Assembly: GCA_023515725.1 (NCBI GenBank)
Contig: JALDTO010000213.1
Coordinates: 254,264 to 318,263, forward strand
Length of the DNA stretch: 64,000 nucleotides
Source of the DNA: Amoeboaphelidium protococcarum X5
Lineage: Eukaryota; Fungi; Aphelidiomycota
Direction of reading: 5' to 3'
Shown piece by piece: positions 13,872 through 26,010 of this stretch (position 1 is the first letter of the stretch; every line of letters begins with the position of its first letter). The notes beneath the pieces were generated by a model, which was given only the letters and a program-made list of their open reading frames with translations, searched no databases and had not been told where the DNA came from. A program made the translations under genes and the position numbers.

Positions 13872-15270
13872 TCATAATTCTATCTCGTTTTCATCATAAT
13901 ATAAATACACGCAATCGTCATTGCACAACAAATTCTAACCATCAGACTATCCGAGCAAATGCCCATTCTAATGACTGGGAACTCTTGCAAACGCTGAATA
14001 TGCCAACTCATGTCCAAACAGTGGAGACATGAGAATAATTAATTCAGGCAGAGTTTGCGACTAAATTTTATGACAAGTAGCCGCATAACCTGGACTGATA
14101 GCAAACTAAATTCTTGTAAATCCAATAGGTGGATCTGTTCCGATAAACCTTGGAATTTCAACAATTTATCTAAGCTATGTATGCATCGAATTCAATACAA
14201 ACACTAGCTACATTGCGCAATATTCGATGCAAGAACCCAAACATCCCATTTTTTATGTGTGACAATGCCCCAGATGGTTCGCAACAATCATAACCCTCAT
14301 ACCTTCAACCAATACAACATTGGCCTCCGGATCATAAGTGCAGCCACGGACTCTTTGTGCATCATCGCGTTCCAGATACTCCCAATCTTAAATATCAATT
14401 GCCGGTATGTTGACAGCATATCTATTGGGGTCGTTCAGCAGAACACCCAATCTGAAATTATTTATATCCTCGCACTACTGCACTGTGGGAGCAAGCACCA
14501 TAAAACGTTGGTCGTAGTTAACAGATCGCATTTGCTGCAACATAGCAAAACAACGATCATTAATCATTCGCCTTCGCAAAAATCTCAAAAAGCATACATC
14601 ATATCAGAATCATTACGATGTCTGATACTTTCCTTCATCTCTACTACAGCCAATTGCCTGAAAGAACCATACATAACCATCCAAGTTCCAGAAGCATGAT
14701 CAGGAGTTAATTCTGCAGCTTAGTCACAAGGGATTGGCGTTTTTACTTCACTTCAGCGAGTTCTAGCTCTTTGAGATACAGATGAGACGTGGATGGTAAA
14801 TTCTTAACTTTCTTATAGAATTACTTCTCCGCTGCGTGGAGAGCATTAGAAAAAGTCTCCAAAAAACACAACATGCACACCGCCACAAAACGAATCACTC
14901 TGGTCAAAACAAACTTTCAACTTATTGTCCACCGCCAACATAAGTTCAGCCTACAGCATACTGACTTTGTCAACGATCAACACAACGTTCGCAGCTCGCA
15001 CGTCATCAGGAAGCCCAAGGTCAGATATCGATTACCCATTGGAATGCCATACTTCTTCTCATGCAATCGTTTATCTTTTACTCTATCGAAATGTTTCATA
15101 AATAGTGTGGCCTTCGTCATTAATAGGCGTTAGACCTGTGGGAACACCAGCAACACATGTCAATCAATTAATACAGGTTATTCTTGGCATCTTTATCTTT
15201 AGAGCAGATACGACAACCTTGTTTCAACCTGTCCCCAATACATCAAGAGTAATTATCAACAATCTGGGCA
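13872..15270 (-). mobile_element. Decayed Pif1-family helicase (Helitron-like Hel fragment)
   Basis: Motifs PTGLTPINDEGHTIY (Ia), LIVDKVSM (Walker B, E>K), GGVHVVFFGDFFQ (III), GMRVMIVAN, RIQFAISPGYAATCHKIQSQTL...AYSAFARV (V/VI). Walker A is broken by TGA and there are frameshifts. Confidence 0.8.
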
Positions 15271-15700
15271 ACTCGTAGCAGCATAAGCTGTTTTAATCCG
15301 AATCAGAAAACTTATTCAAATTACATCCATACTTCTATTCTACGACACCGTAAGTGTAAAAATTAATAAAGTTTAAAACTACAAGACCTCTTCATCCTCA
15401 TTGTTGTCCCTTTTTATGAACATAGTGGAGTGAAGAAGACGCTCAGTGTTATTTGTTTGCAGAATGTTTCTCCGATTGTTTCACTTAAATTAAATGACTG
15501 ACTGAAACAGAGCGTTTCACCGCTGACGAATGTACACGCACTGTGACCATAAAAATAACACAGAGAGTTTAATGAGGATCAACTGTCGATGATCGTCCAT
15601 AAGCAAGAAGGCTTAGTTTTGATTGACCCCTAACTTCAATTCCTTCGTTCGCGTATTTAGCTTACTTCTGCAACAATATCAAATATTTTGTATCAGCACC

Positions 15701-17755
15701 ATGAGATAATTTATATTTATCATTTTCATCAGCTGGCTCTTGATGTCTGTTGCTGCTGGCGGCGGTTAGAAGAAGAAGCCTCGATAGAAGGCGCGAATCA
15801 ACAATGCTCACTCTAAGAATGAGCATGACGACTTTACTGCGATTTTGGCCCATGATGGAAGCCCCTAGTCAATGTATGACGCGCTGTTGAGGACTTTTGA
15901 CGAATCGCAGATTGACATGGTCACATATTCAGAGAAGGTAGAGGAGGCATCTCTTTTTGTAACGCAGGTTTTGGAATCCTCGAAAGATCTGGTTGAAGAT
16001 CTTGCTTTGCATCATGACGCGTTTGATCAATTTTTGGATTGCTCCAACGTTGGCTCCGACGTGTAGCAGTCTAACGCTGTGCTCCGGAAACTGTTGCAAG
16101 ATTATGCCACTATTAAGACCAGCGAGTACTTGTATGTCAAGACTGAGTCGATCATATACCTGAGCTTTTTCAGAGAGTATCTTGCTGTTCTGAAAGCTGG
16201 TCGCGTGTAAAAATTTCACGTATACAACATTGTGGCGAATCTTCATCGGCTCATCCTCCTAATGACCAATTCGATATTTGTGGAGATCAATATGGCTAGA
16301 GATAGATTGTTGGGATTAAAAAAGACATTGATCAAAGTTCATGGCTATAAATATAGATCGAAAATTTAGGACGAAAACTTATTGGCTCTGGAGCTCTCCA
16401 CCTTGGAATTGTTAAAGCTGGAGGATATCGAGAAAATCTTCTCCTAACTCGATCTGACACGCTCATCTTCTATCAATTCTGTGACGCAGATGGCGATTGC
16501 GGACATTCGCTCCAACCTATCGAAGTTTCCAGATTTTACGCGCGCCATATCTCTCATAATGGATGTGGTCATAACTTACATGGGAGTATACAGCATCCTC
16601 ATACCGACTGTCGCTGGTAATCAAGCGTTTCTGCACATGCTATCAGAATGGCATAAAAGTCTACCTATACATAATCTTGCAAGTGTTCGGATGGATCATC
16701 GCAACAAAGTGAAAAGTAATTTACTATCTATGCTGAATAATCCAGGCAATGAGGAGATATACGACCCATTTGAAGCGAAAGCTGACCACATTACTGATTT
16801 GTTCGCTATTGATCGTGTTTTCAAGATATGGAATGCTATGGCTCAGCAGGAAGAGTACATCTAACTATGCTTTGCTCAAAGAAATCAATACTATCTACTC
16901 ACAAGGCAGGAGTAAGCAGAGTGGTTAGCTTCTCAATATAAAGCTTATCGCTAGTTGATTGCTGATATTTATACTCACTTGTATCGATTCTACCGAGAGA
17001 TTATGATCGGCGAATTTATTAGTTTGAAGCCAGGTGTATACAGAAGTATACAGGTTTCCGATGATGATGCTAACTCTATATCTACTCAGGAAATTGGTCA
17101 GCTATCAGAGGCTTTAGAATAGTCTTTCTTGCTGGATGAGAATGATGATGACAATGGTTAGTAGTAGGCACTTGCGAGTGAAGATGTGTAAATTAATCGC
17201 GATGAAGATGCACCAATTGCTCGTGATTATCCTGGTTATGGAAATAAGAACGAAGATTTTGAAGTCGATTCATATCATTATAAGCCGGAAATTGGTTTAG
17301 AGAAGTAATCTGATTCCATTTTGAAAACCAACACTTAGCCACCAACTGACTCTGATGATATACCTTCGCGGAAGGATATATGTCGATCTCTGGAGCAGTA
17401 TGGAAGATATCAGTTCAATGGATGTGATGAACTTTAATCTAAAAGTATCCCACAAATATCAATTAAGAAGAACTAGATGAGAATACTTTGTCAGATCATG
17501 TACGGCGAGATTGAAGGTGGAAGCAATGTTTAATTTCTGGATTTTAAGAAACTCTTGGCGTAATTCGGAGCCTCGTTTACACCAAAAGGTGGAAGTATTG
17601 AGAGAATAGATATACCGTGGATTAGGAAGGACTTCAAGATCATTGATGGACCTCACAAGAGTACGACCAGGTTGGGCAGGAATGTGATCAAAGGCGCGCG
17701 CAATGTGCTCAACCATTTTCAGATACTTCCTGAATTCTTTACACCGGTATATTGA
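15701..17755 (+). CDS. Secreted effector-like protein with NLS-like motif and C-terminal HicA-like domain (divergent paralog, 684 aa)
   Basis: MRQFIFIIFISWLLMSVAA signal-like N-terminus, then QKKKPRQKAR. C-terminus VQFLDFKKLLAQFGASFTPKGGSIERIDI......IIDGPHK...LGRNVIKGARNVLNHFQILPE is homologous to the 38.7-46.1 kb cluster. Confidence 0.8.
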
Positions 17756-17881
17756 TGATAAGTATTATCCTGATTAAGCGCATTATTGTTTGCAAAGGCT
17801 ATTAAAGTGAATGAACAATGTTTTCAGAACAAGTTTAATATGAACATGAAATAAAATGTTTTCTGAACAAGTTTAATGCAT

Positions 17882-19042
17882 TTAATGTAGTCCTAGGACC
17901 TTATACATGATTTTAGTCAATAAGCTTAGTAGTGGAATGTAGACAATGAACAGGCGCACAGTATCCAGCACCCACAAGTAACCGTCTTGTTGAACATCCC
18001 AAACATTTGATCCCTTGCCATAGACGTTCTCATTGATAACAAGATCTTTATATGCGCACTTCTCTTTACAATACGGACACATATCCTTCTTGCCAATAAG
18101 TAGCCATCCGCGAATACATGGCTCATGAAAGCTGTGTCTACATGACAATCTCACAGATGGTATCAGAAGAGATAAATCAGTGCCATATCCAGATGATTGA
18201 TGTGAAGAAGGTGAATGCTGATGAGTAGTTTGAGGCGACTATACGCCAACATCCGAGTCATTGACAGCATCACCACATAGAGCGCATACACCAGATCTGA
18301 GATGTTTAGCGGGAAATCCTTCAGTTACAAAGTATCCCACACCAGACGCCATAGTGGAGCTCAGCAAGTCAATCAGATCTCTAGCCAGTATACCAAAATA
18401 TAGCGCGTAGAATAGAAATAACACCGCCGTCTCAAAGAACCAAGGATTTCTATTATCAACTCCTAGATCGTAAAGAGGATCAGAAGGACCGACATTACTA
18501 TCTAGTGACTGTTCAGTACTCGTAGTATTGTTGCGTCCATTTACACCAACAACACCGGCACCACCGCCAAAAACGGGCAGCGAAGACAGACCAATAAAGT
18601 CAGCCATAAATAACACGTACCCGATAATACCAATTAGGTAGCAGATCTGGTAACAACGCTAGAACCATCTATAAACCAATCTGGGCGTGGTATGAGACAG
18701 CGGTCTTCTACTAGCCATCCAAGAAATGTACGCATTACCCACAGTGAACAATAGCCATACCACCTCAAATCTATACGGAGGCTTTTACTAAGAGGGAGAC
18801 TTCTAATTTGAATGAGGATCATTGGTCACCATCATATTAGCTTACAAAGCGATCCCCATCGGTATAACCCATAAGGCCAGCAATTCAAATAATTTAAACG
18901 ACTTGGCATTATACTTCTTCCAATACAAGACAACAACTTATATAGCGCATGCGCAAAGAATCATAACCAAGAACATGGCATTGTGTTCGGCCATTGCATC
19001 GGCGGTACTTTAGTCTCCATGCTCCTTCTAGATATGATCCAT
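17882..19042 (-). CDS. RNF121: RNF121/RNF175-like membrane RING-H2 E3 ligase (3' end uncertain)
   Basis: ASRRPLSHTTPRLVYRWF, LFYALYFGILARD, CALCG...LSCRHSFHEPCIRGWLLIGKKDMCPYCKEK. The homologous end VLGLH is followed by TAA rather than TGA. Confidence 0.88.
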
Positions 19043-19263
19043 CAAAGGACTTCTACATACTAAACATATTCGTTAGAAATTCGGAATCAGTTATTAAGAT
19101 TGAATTGTCACATGAGAACAAAATACCTTTCATGGCTATTATTGAGCTGATTCATTTCACTACTATTCTTTATACAAATCAGTCTTTTATTTTCAGTCCG
19201 TCGCGAGTGAAGAAGTAAAACGCTTCGATTAAAGGGAGAACTTGACTTCTTGATTGAGTAATC

Positions 19264-19692
19264 ATGAATAAACTTCGATCTTATTTTAATGCTAGATTCG
19301 CGTCTTTAGACAGGAGGACATCCTTGTAATATTTTACATCATTTGTAATACTCCACGAATTATCTGCTGTAATTCCGCTGCCTGTGATATATTATGGTTT
19401 TTGGGTGTATGAATTTGGGAACGGTTTGTCTGATGAACAGGTGGTCGAGACACTGCACATACGGCAAGAATATCTGGACAAGGCGAGAAGAGTGTATCAC
19501 AAGTATGTATCGAGTACAACTGAAGACTCTGGCAACACTACTCAAAAAGACGTGTCACCTGTTATTGTACGAATGGCTGCATCCTACGCTGTGGTTAAGC
19601 TTTTGATGCCGGCTCGGTTGGCCTTGTCTGCGGTGCTCACACCGTAATTTACGCGTTCTGTTGTCGCTCCGATTTCGCGTCGCTTTCGATGA
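19264..19692 (+). CDS. MRX11: FLILHELTA-family (Mrx11-like) mitochondrial membrane protein
   Basis: SFVILHELSAVIPL...MAASYAVVKLLMPARLALSAVLTPQF; 142 aa, ends TGA. Confidence 0.8.
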
Positions 19693-19983
19693 TATTCTCG
19701 TTGTATTCGTCTTAACCTGCAATGACCGTATATCGCTAATGAAACCGAGCCATTTTGTATAGCTTCCTTGTCTTTACGTACATACTGTTCTACCTGTATG
19801 CTTGCGTAATTTTAACAGATGTTTGACCTTGTTTGCTTGACTGTTATACGCCTTTCGAAAGACGTCAAAGTGGCACCAGGTACAAAACAATAACACTCCC
19901 GCCCCTCGAGCCTGTTTTGTAGCATTCTTCCTTTATTGTTACAAGGCTGTAAAAATAAGAGGTGAGACATTTATAGAGGTCTG

Positions 19984-20175
19984 TCAAGTAATGAAGATTG
20001 AGGCGTTAGCGAGTGATGGGTGATCAGGAGTTCGTCGCCTCTCTTCTTAAAAAGATTATGGAATTGTAATAAAATTTTATCTTGTGGAATTGAGGTTTCC
20101 ATGCTTGAAAAAGAGGTCCATTGGAATGGTGGTTCCCGTGTCTCTGCCAGTACTGCTTGTACAAGCAGCCCACGT
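19984..20175 (+). repeat. Dispersed structured leader, copy 1 (homologous to 63205-63418)
   Basis: Shares a 30-nt block with one mismatch (20118-20147 vs 63361-63390) and equal-length hairpins with the other copy. Confidence 0.75.
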
Positions 20176-20197
20176 TACAAAATTTAATCGACAAAAT

Positions 20198-21955
20198 ATG
20201 GTTGACTTAGACACTGTGATATAGCGTGTTGATTAGCTATAACATGAGTTTACCCAATAAAGAAGCGATTATGATTAGAAGCTAGAAGATTAGATGATTG
20301 CTTATGATTAAAAGCTAGAAGAGTAATAGATTTCTTATGACTAAAAGCTCGAAGATTAGATGATCGCTTATTATAAAGAGCTGGAAGATCATAAGACATA
20401 GATTAGCTTATTGTAATCAGAGCTAGCTAAAATTTAGATCAGTGAGCACTTTCGGCACGTTATTATAAGGGAGTAGATAAAGATGTTTTGATTGAATTTT
20501 GTAAAGAAGGGAGTTTTATTTAAAGTTTAGAATTAAATGATGGGATGACATAATTGAAGCTACGTGACTCATGTTTTTAAGGCGGAATTGCATTTTTGGA
20601 ATAAGAGTAAATAGTACATATCTAAAAGCTTGAAGTTTCATGATATGCATATGGAATCAATTGTTGAAACAATGGCTGGAATTGATGGCATTGACTATAA
20701 TAAGAGTAATCCAGCTTTGGAATGTTTGAGTTTTCTTGTTGATTAAGATGAAAAGTTGCTTGAATTAATTGCAGCAGACTGGCCACCATCGATTGATGAT
20801 GAGAATCCAAAGTAGTGCTATGAAAGAGCGCGTCGTGCACTGATACCAGAGATATTTTCTCTTTAAGGCGTGTGTTGTGCGTGTGGTATTAGTTCCCTCA
20901 TTAACTGTATCCCGATGTAGAATTAGAGTAATAAATTAATTCTGAGTAGTGATCCTAAATTTGCGCCTTACTTGCATAAATTACGATTTGAATGTGGATT
21001 GAACAATAGTTGATTGCTATATATCGTTCCGCTGGATGTCTTGTTAAGTTGAACACGTACGAAGGAAGTTAATTTGGTTTTAGAGGTCATCATTTCGCCA
21101 TGGCATAGAATTCAGCTACATCGAGAGAGTCGTTAATCAATGGCCTGTTTCAGCTCGGGTTTTATCACAGTCTACAGTATAACAATCATATTTGTTACTA
21201 AGCATTAGAATAGTGAAGATAAATCTATACTGAAATCCTTTACGCGATTATTCAGTGTGGATCCACGTAAAGTAATTAGTTGGCTACGGTTTTTGAAGGA
21301 ATACTCTCGCGTTTATGCAAATGTATTTATAGAAGTTGGGTAGATTGAGTAGTTGAGTACTGACCCTGTTTTAAAAGAACTTGAGGCTAATCTAGAAGTG
21401 GTTGTGGATTAGACTTTGGTCGACATCGATTCAGACAAAGTTTGGAAGTAAGAGGGCCAATATATGATGCTGCCAAACTGTCTTTTGATCACCTGCAATC
21501 AAGCATTGTCTATGATAAAATTGACATTGCCTGCGTGCTTCTAGAAAGGAGTTATACACTCGTGCTAATGCGGTTAAAAGTGGATGAAGGTGTGACACCA
21601 AACTCTGATGTTTTCGAGAATTATAGAGTAGATTAAATCTTTTACCGCGAATGGAAGGCCTGTCTCATAGTAGAAACTTGAAGAAACCATTGCTGTAGTT
21701 TCAAGCGGTGGATTTGCTGATGATCAAGATTCTGATTATGTGTACAAATGTTTGTGGACTCCTATCAGCAAGAAAGTGTCCAGTCGCGTTCTATAGGCGG
21801 TCGTGACCAAGAAGGCCAAATAGAGTACCAAAGTGACCAGGTCCATTGCTAGCATGGAATTACGCAGCCAAACTCCTACTCAAACGGATATTCTGACCTC
21901 CAAGAGATCAAGTTCTGTCTAGTCTTCACAAAACTATTAAAAGTAAAGAAAGTGA
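20198..21955 (+). pseudogene. Frameshifted gene with DUF6570-like (Helitron-associated) region and N-terminal coiled-coil repeats
   Basis: ATG 20198 with 33-nt repeats (YDQKLEDQMIA, ~20270-20390), TGA at 20489. Shifted frames then give VCCACG, FGFRGHHFAMAQ and LFSVDPRKVISWLRFLKEYSRVYANVFI. Confidence 0.5.
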
Positions 21956-22334
21956 TCTTGAGGCCGTATAATATGTTGACTCCTTGTCTAAAGTCTTCAT
22001 TAGTTTTTCAATTGACTTTTTGAGCCTCTATTCCGGCTGGATTTCCTTGATCATTCTACCGACAATTTGCTAGCAACATTTGACTATAAGACTCAAACTG
22101 TCCCGCATTACTCTTATTGTTGCCATCGGACAATTTATGGGCCTCTCGTTTGATCGCCGCCACGATAGAAATCGCGTTTCACTTGAAGTTTCACCCAAGT
22201 TTTTCTTCTCTTTTCTTTACTCTGCATTGTAATTACTGTTCTGTGACTACTTCTGTCCAAGTAGAGCTAGTTTCCCTTTACTCCGTAGCTGAACTATATT
22301 TTGATAATCACAATTTATCTATTATCAAATAATT

Positions 22335-23417
22335 ATGCCAGATATTTGGGTAGAAGTTGGTGATACGGGAGTGGTGGATTCACATGGTGGAAAGTGGTAT
22401 GCCTCCTCTGAGAATCCTGAGAATTTGTACTTTACCAAGCTATGGTGTCCGCCTGAGGGTGTGAAAACTGTTGCCACCCTGACTTTTGTTCATGGTATTG
22501 GTGAGCACTGTATGAGATATGACCATGTATTCAGTGCTTTGGCTCAGTAGAATGGTATAAAGACATTTTCATTTGATTAAAGAGGATTCGGTAGAACTGC
22601 TCTCTCCACTCCAGAATTCGGCACCAATAATAATAATAGTCAAGATTAATAGTAGTAGTAGTAGTCGTTATAGTCTAAAGGACCTAAGTAATCTACATCT
22701 TCTAAAAATAATCTGTCGCAAGTTAGAAGCCGTCCAGTGTTAGGCGATGCTGGGACGTGGGATCAATGGATGGCTGATATTGATCGTGCCGTCAGAGGTG
22801 ATGGTATTGTTAATTTCAGAGAGGACGGTGTACCTCATTTCCTAATGGGACATTCTATGGGTGGTATGCTGGCTGTGGCTTACGTTCTGGAGCACGCTGA
22901 GTCTTCACAGAAGCATCTAGCCGGTGTCATCTCCTCTGCACCTGGATTCCGGCCAGCGTTTAGCATTCCGTACTTGAAGAGAAAGTTGGGTGTATTGGCT
23001 TCCAATATTCTACCAACTTTGAATATTCCGACTGGTATTGATTCCACTGGTATTTCGAGTGATAGTGCTGTTGTGGAAAAGTATAACACTGACCCGTACG
23101 TGCACAAATACGGCTCGTTGCAGACCCTTAGCAGTGTGTTGGCCAAAGGAGAAGATTGTATTACCGTGCCTGATTACATTGCCAAATGGCCGCAGAAACT
23201 CCCATTGTTGGTCTCTTATGGCACTGCGGATAAGATCACGTCTTTTGATGGTGGTAAGTTGTTTGTGGATAGTGTCACTTGTGATGATAAAACGTTTGAA
23301 GTGTTTGATGGCGCCTACCATGAAATCCATAACGAACCGAATGGTGTCAAAGAGAAGGCTATCTAAACTTATGGCGACTGGATAGCTAAACGCGCTATGA
23401 GTACCTAAAAGTTATGA
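22335..23417 (+). CDS. Monoglyceride lipase/lysophospholipase (alpha/beta hydrolase)
   Basis: FVHGIGEH, FDQRGFG (Q=TAA 22578), GHSMGG nucleophile elbow, GTAD, YHEIHNE; 360 aa. Confidence 0.9.
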
Positions 23418-23467
23418 AATACTAGTAATGTAAATTTAATATTATTTTATAGTGTATTATCACGCAC

Positions 23468-23800
23468 TCAGTTCAAATTTATCGATACAGAAAATACAGT
23501 TACAATGGCATAGACGCTGTCGTTTTCATACTTGAAAGTCGCCACGCCATCTTTCGAGTCGTCCCAGAAGCACTTGTGAATGAGATGAAGTCCAGTGTCA
23601 CTTCGCTATAGCAGACTGCACGTCACTATGTATTTAAATGTGCGTTGTGTTGCAGTAAGCTCTTGTAAAAGTTCATCCACAATCAGCGTGTTCCAAATGG
23701 ATGCATCCCCCGCATTGTACCTTTTCCCATCCAACACTTTGCCGCACACTTTTTAAATCTTTTACTGCATTTCCTATTATCTCTACTTCAAATCTTCCAT
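23468..23800 (-). CDS. Tctex-1 family dynein light chain
   Basis: 110 aa: VLDGKRYN....IWN..IVDE..FKYIVTCSLLQRSDTGLH...KCFWDDSKDG....YENDSVYAIVTVF. Confidence 0.88.
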
Positions 23801-24075
23801 CCTAATTCTATACTTGATTGCTGCTGAATATAATTCTTTTTTCTGATAAAAGGATTAAACTAGAACGCGGAAAAAGGCAAGTGGTTCAATTTTAACGCCA
23901 AATTCCGAAAAAAAGTTCGTTTCAGATGATGAAAGTGATAAGAATTCCACAATTGGCGTAAACTATACTAAACGAATAATATGGTGAAAACACTGTTATG
24001 TAGAGCACATTTACTTGCTGAAAGTTCATTAGAATTATATATATATATATATTGAATAAGTCTATATCATTAGAA

Positions 24076-25734
24076 TCAGAGCCTGTATCTGTCTAGGATT
24101 GACCAGGGAGATGGTTCATAACCTTTAGCCCATGGAGTGATCTGATCAAAGAACCAGTACTGCATAAACGCGAACACGCTGTAATATAGCAGGATGATGC
24201 ATACCACCAAGTTGTAAAGGAGCGAGTTCTCAGCAATCATGTATCTATTTAACGGCGTAATGTCTGCAATCACTAAATCCCGAATGGCATCTTGAACACT
24301 ATTAAACATACACGTCATTATAAAGTTGCAGAATAGTACTATGGCCATTGATGGATAATGCTTAAGTACGATCTACTTCAAATTCTACTCAGAGACTCTT
24401 ATGGCTTTAATCAATGCTGGGATGCAATCATTCTCAATTTCAATAGACTTGATCTCAAATAGGACATGAATGACATATTTCCAATCAGAATAAATGACTT
24501 GCCAGGTGAACAGGTTGTAATTGTTCAGCTTTATACCAAGTTTTCCATCACCAATAACAATAGGATTCAACTTTGGATCACATAACTTTATTGATATATC
24601 CACCTTTTAGTGTCGCATCCATTTCAATACCAGATTCATGCAATACTTCTCAAAAGCGTCCGGTTGAGCGTACACAATAGTATTGCCACCACTACTTTGA
24701 GGATCAGGCTTTGGATACACGGCTAAATGTTTATGGTAAGTCAATAGATACGCCTCCAACATAATCCTGGGTGATGTTAGAAGAATAGTTAATGGATACT
24801 TTAACAATTATCGTACAATATTCCTAGCAGTAGCATCACTTGGGCGCAATCTAACATACGCCATAAACTTCTTCACTCTTCCAGGTAAATGCTTTTCTAG
24901 TCCAGAAGTTTGATTATCATTGAAAGAAGACTGTGGCTATTTTAGATCAATTCCACCACCGTTAGAATGACTATTTTCTATATCACCTTCTTAATCTAAC
25001 CAAAATATAATTCTCACGTCAACTAAGCCATCTTGATGCAGGGCAGGATCAGTTAATTGTATTTCATAGTCTCCTCTAAGATCATTAAAAGGACTAACGT
25101 GGAACATTCTCTTCAACAGAAATCCATGGTCATATCCACTACGACATTTTACAACCTTTACACCATCCACATTAACTTTATCACTTCCACACGGCAGAGT
25201 ATATAAATGCGTCTCTCCGAACGTGTTATTGACTTCAAGAACGACAGCTAAAAGATAATCGCTGCTTTGACCATCAACACTGGTGGTGGCATAAGCATAA
25301 TGGAAAGACACTGGATTGAAAGAGTAACCAAGCAGTCTAGGCATAGTTATAGTATGTACTCTCTGCAATACTCTGTTATCAGCATCAGAAGCAGCGGGAA
25401 GTAAACCTTTACTCATCAATAGTCTTTCAATGGCGTAGAATATTCCACGCCTATGCTATAGCCAAGACTCTTTATATTTTAATTATTATACTCCGCCAAA
25501 TGGATCGGCAATAGCCATGTAGTCCGACTCATGAATGGATAGAAGGGATAGGTGAGAGTTTAGTTTGAATAGAGGCACCACACCAGCCCACACGGATTAG
25601 TCCGCAGAGTTCTTCAGATTTCCAACGTCCCTCACAAAATCAACACCAACATACCATACGGGATACTCAAATGTATGCTTCACCGGTATATACCGAGAGT
25701 GGTAAGTGTCTCCCTTATATAACTTTATGGTCAT
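24076..25734 (-). CDS. DUF1365-family protein with C-terminal extension
   Basis: G.TYHSRYIPVKHTFEYP, TMPRLLGYSFNPVSFHY, LEVNNTFGETHLY, FHVSPF; 552 aa under TAR=Gln. Confidence 0.85.
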
Positions 25735-26010
25735 ATTATATTGGTTTTAGTCGGCGATAAATTGACAAAACAGTACCACTTGGCGCGAAGGAAAGCAATT
25801 TCTATTGTTAGCGGGGGGAAAAGTCACTACAACACATGGCGCGGTAAAAAACACCATAGCTGATTTATTATGGCGATTTAATGAAATATGGCAATATTTT
25901 TCAAACAGATTCAGCTGTATTTCATTCTCATTTATAGTTAACTTTCAACCTATTCACCTGTATTTCCAATTTTAATTGATTCATCAATATCATCTTGCGT
26001 ATCACTTCAT

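Noticed and set aside
20270-20390. 33-nt periodic repeats resembling a mini CRISPR array
   Set aside because: No unique spacers; it is an in-frame coiled-coil repeat (YDQKLEDQMIA) in a eukaryotic context.
21600-21760. Possible chromodomain remnant (YRVDQI...)
   Set aside because: Too degenerate and frameshifted to support.
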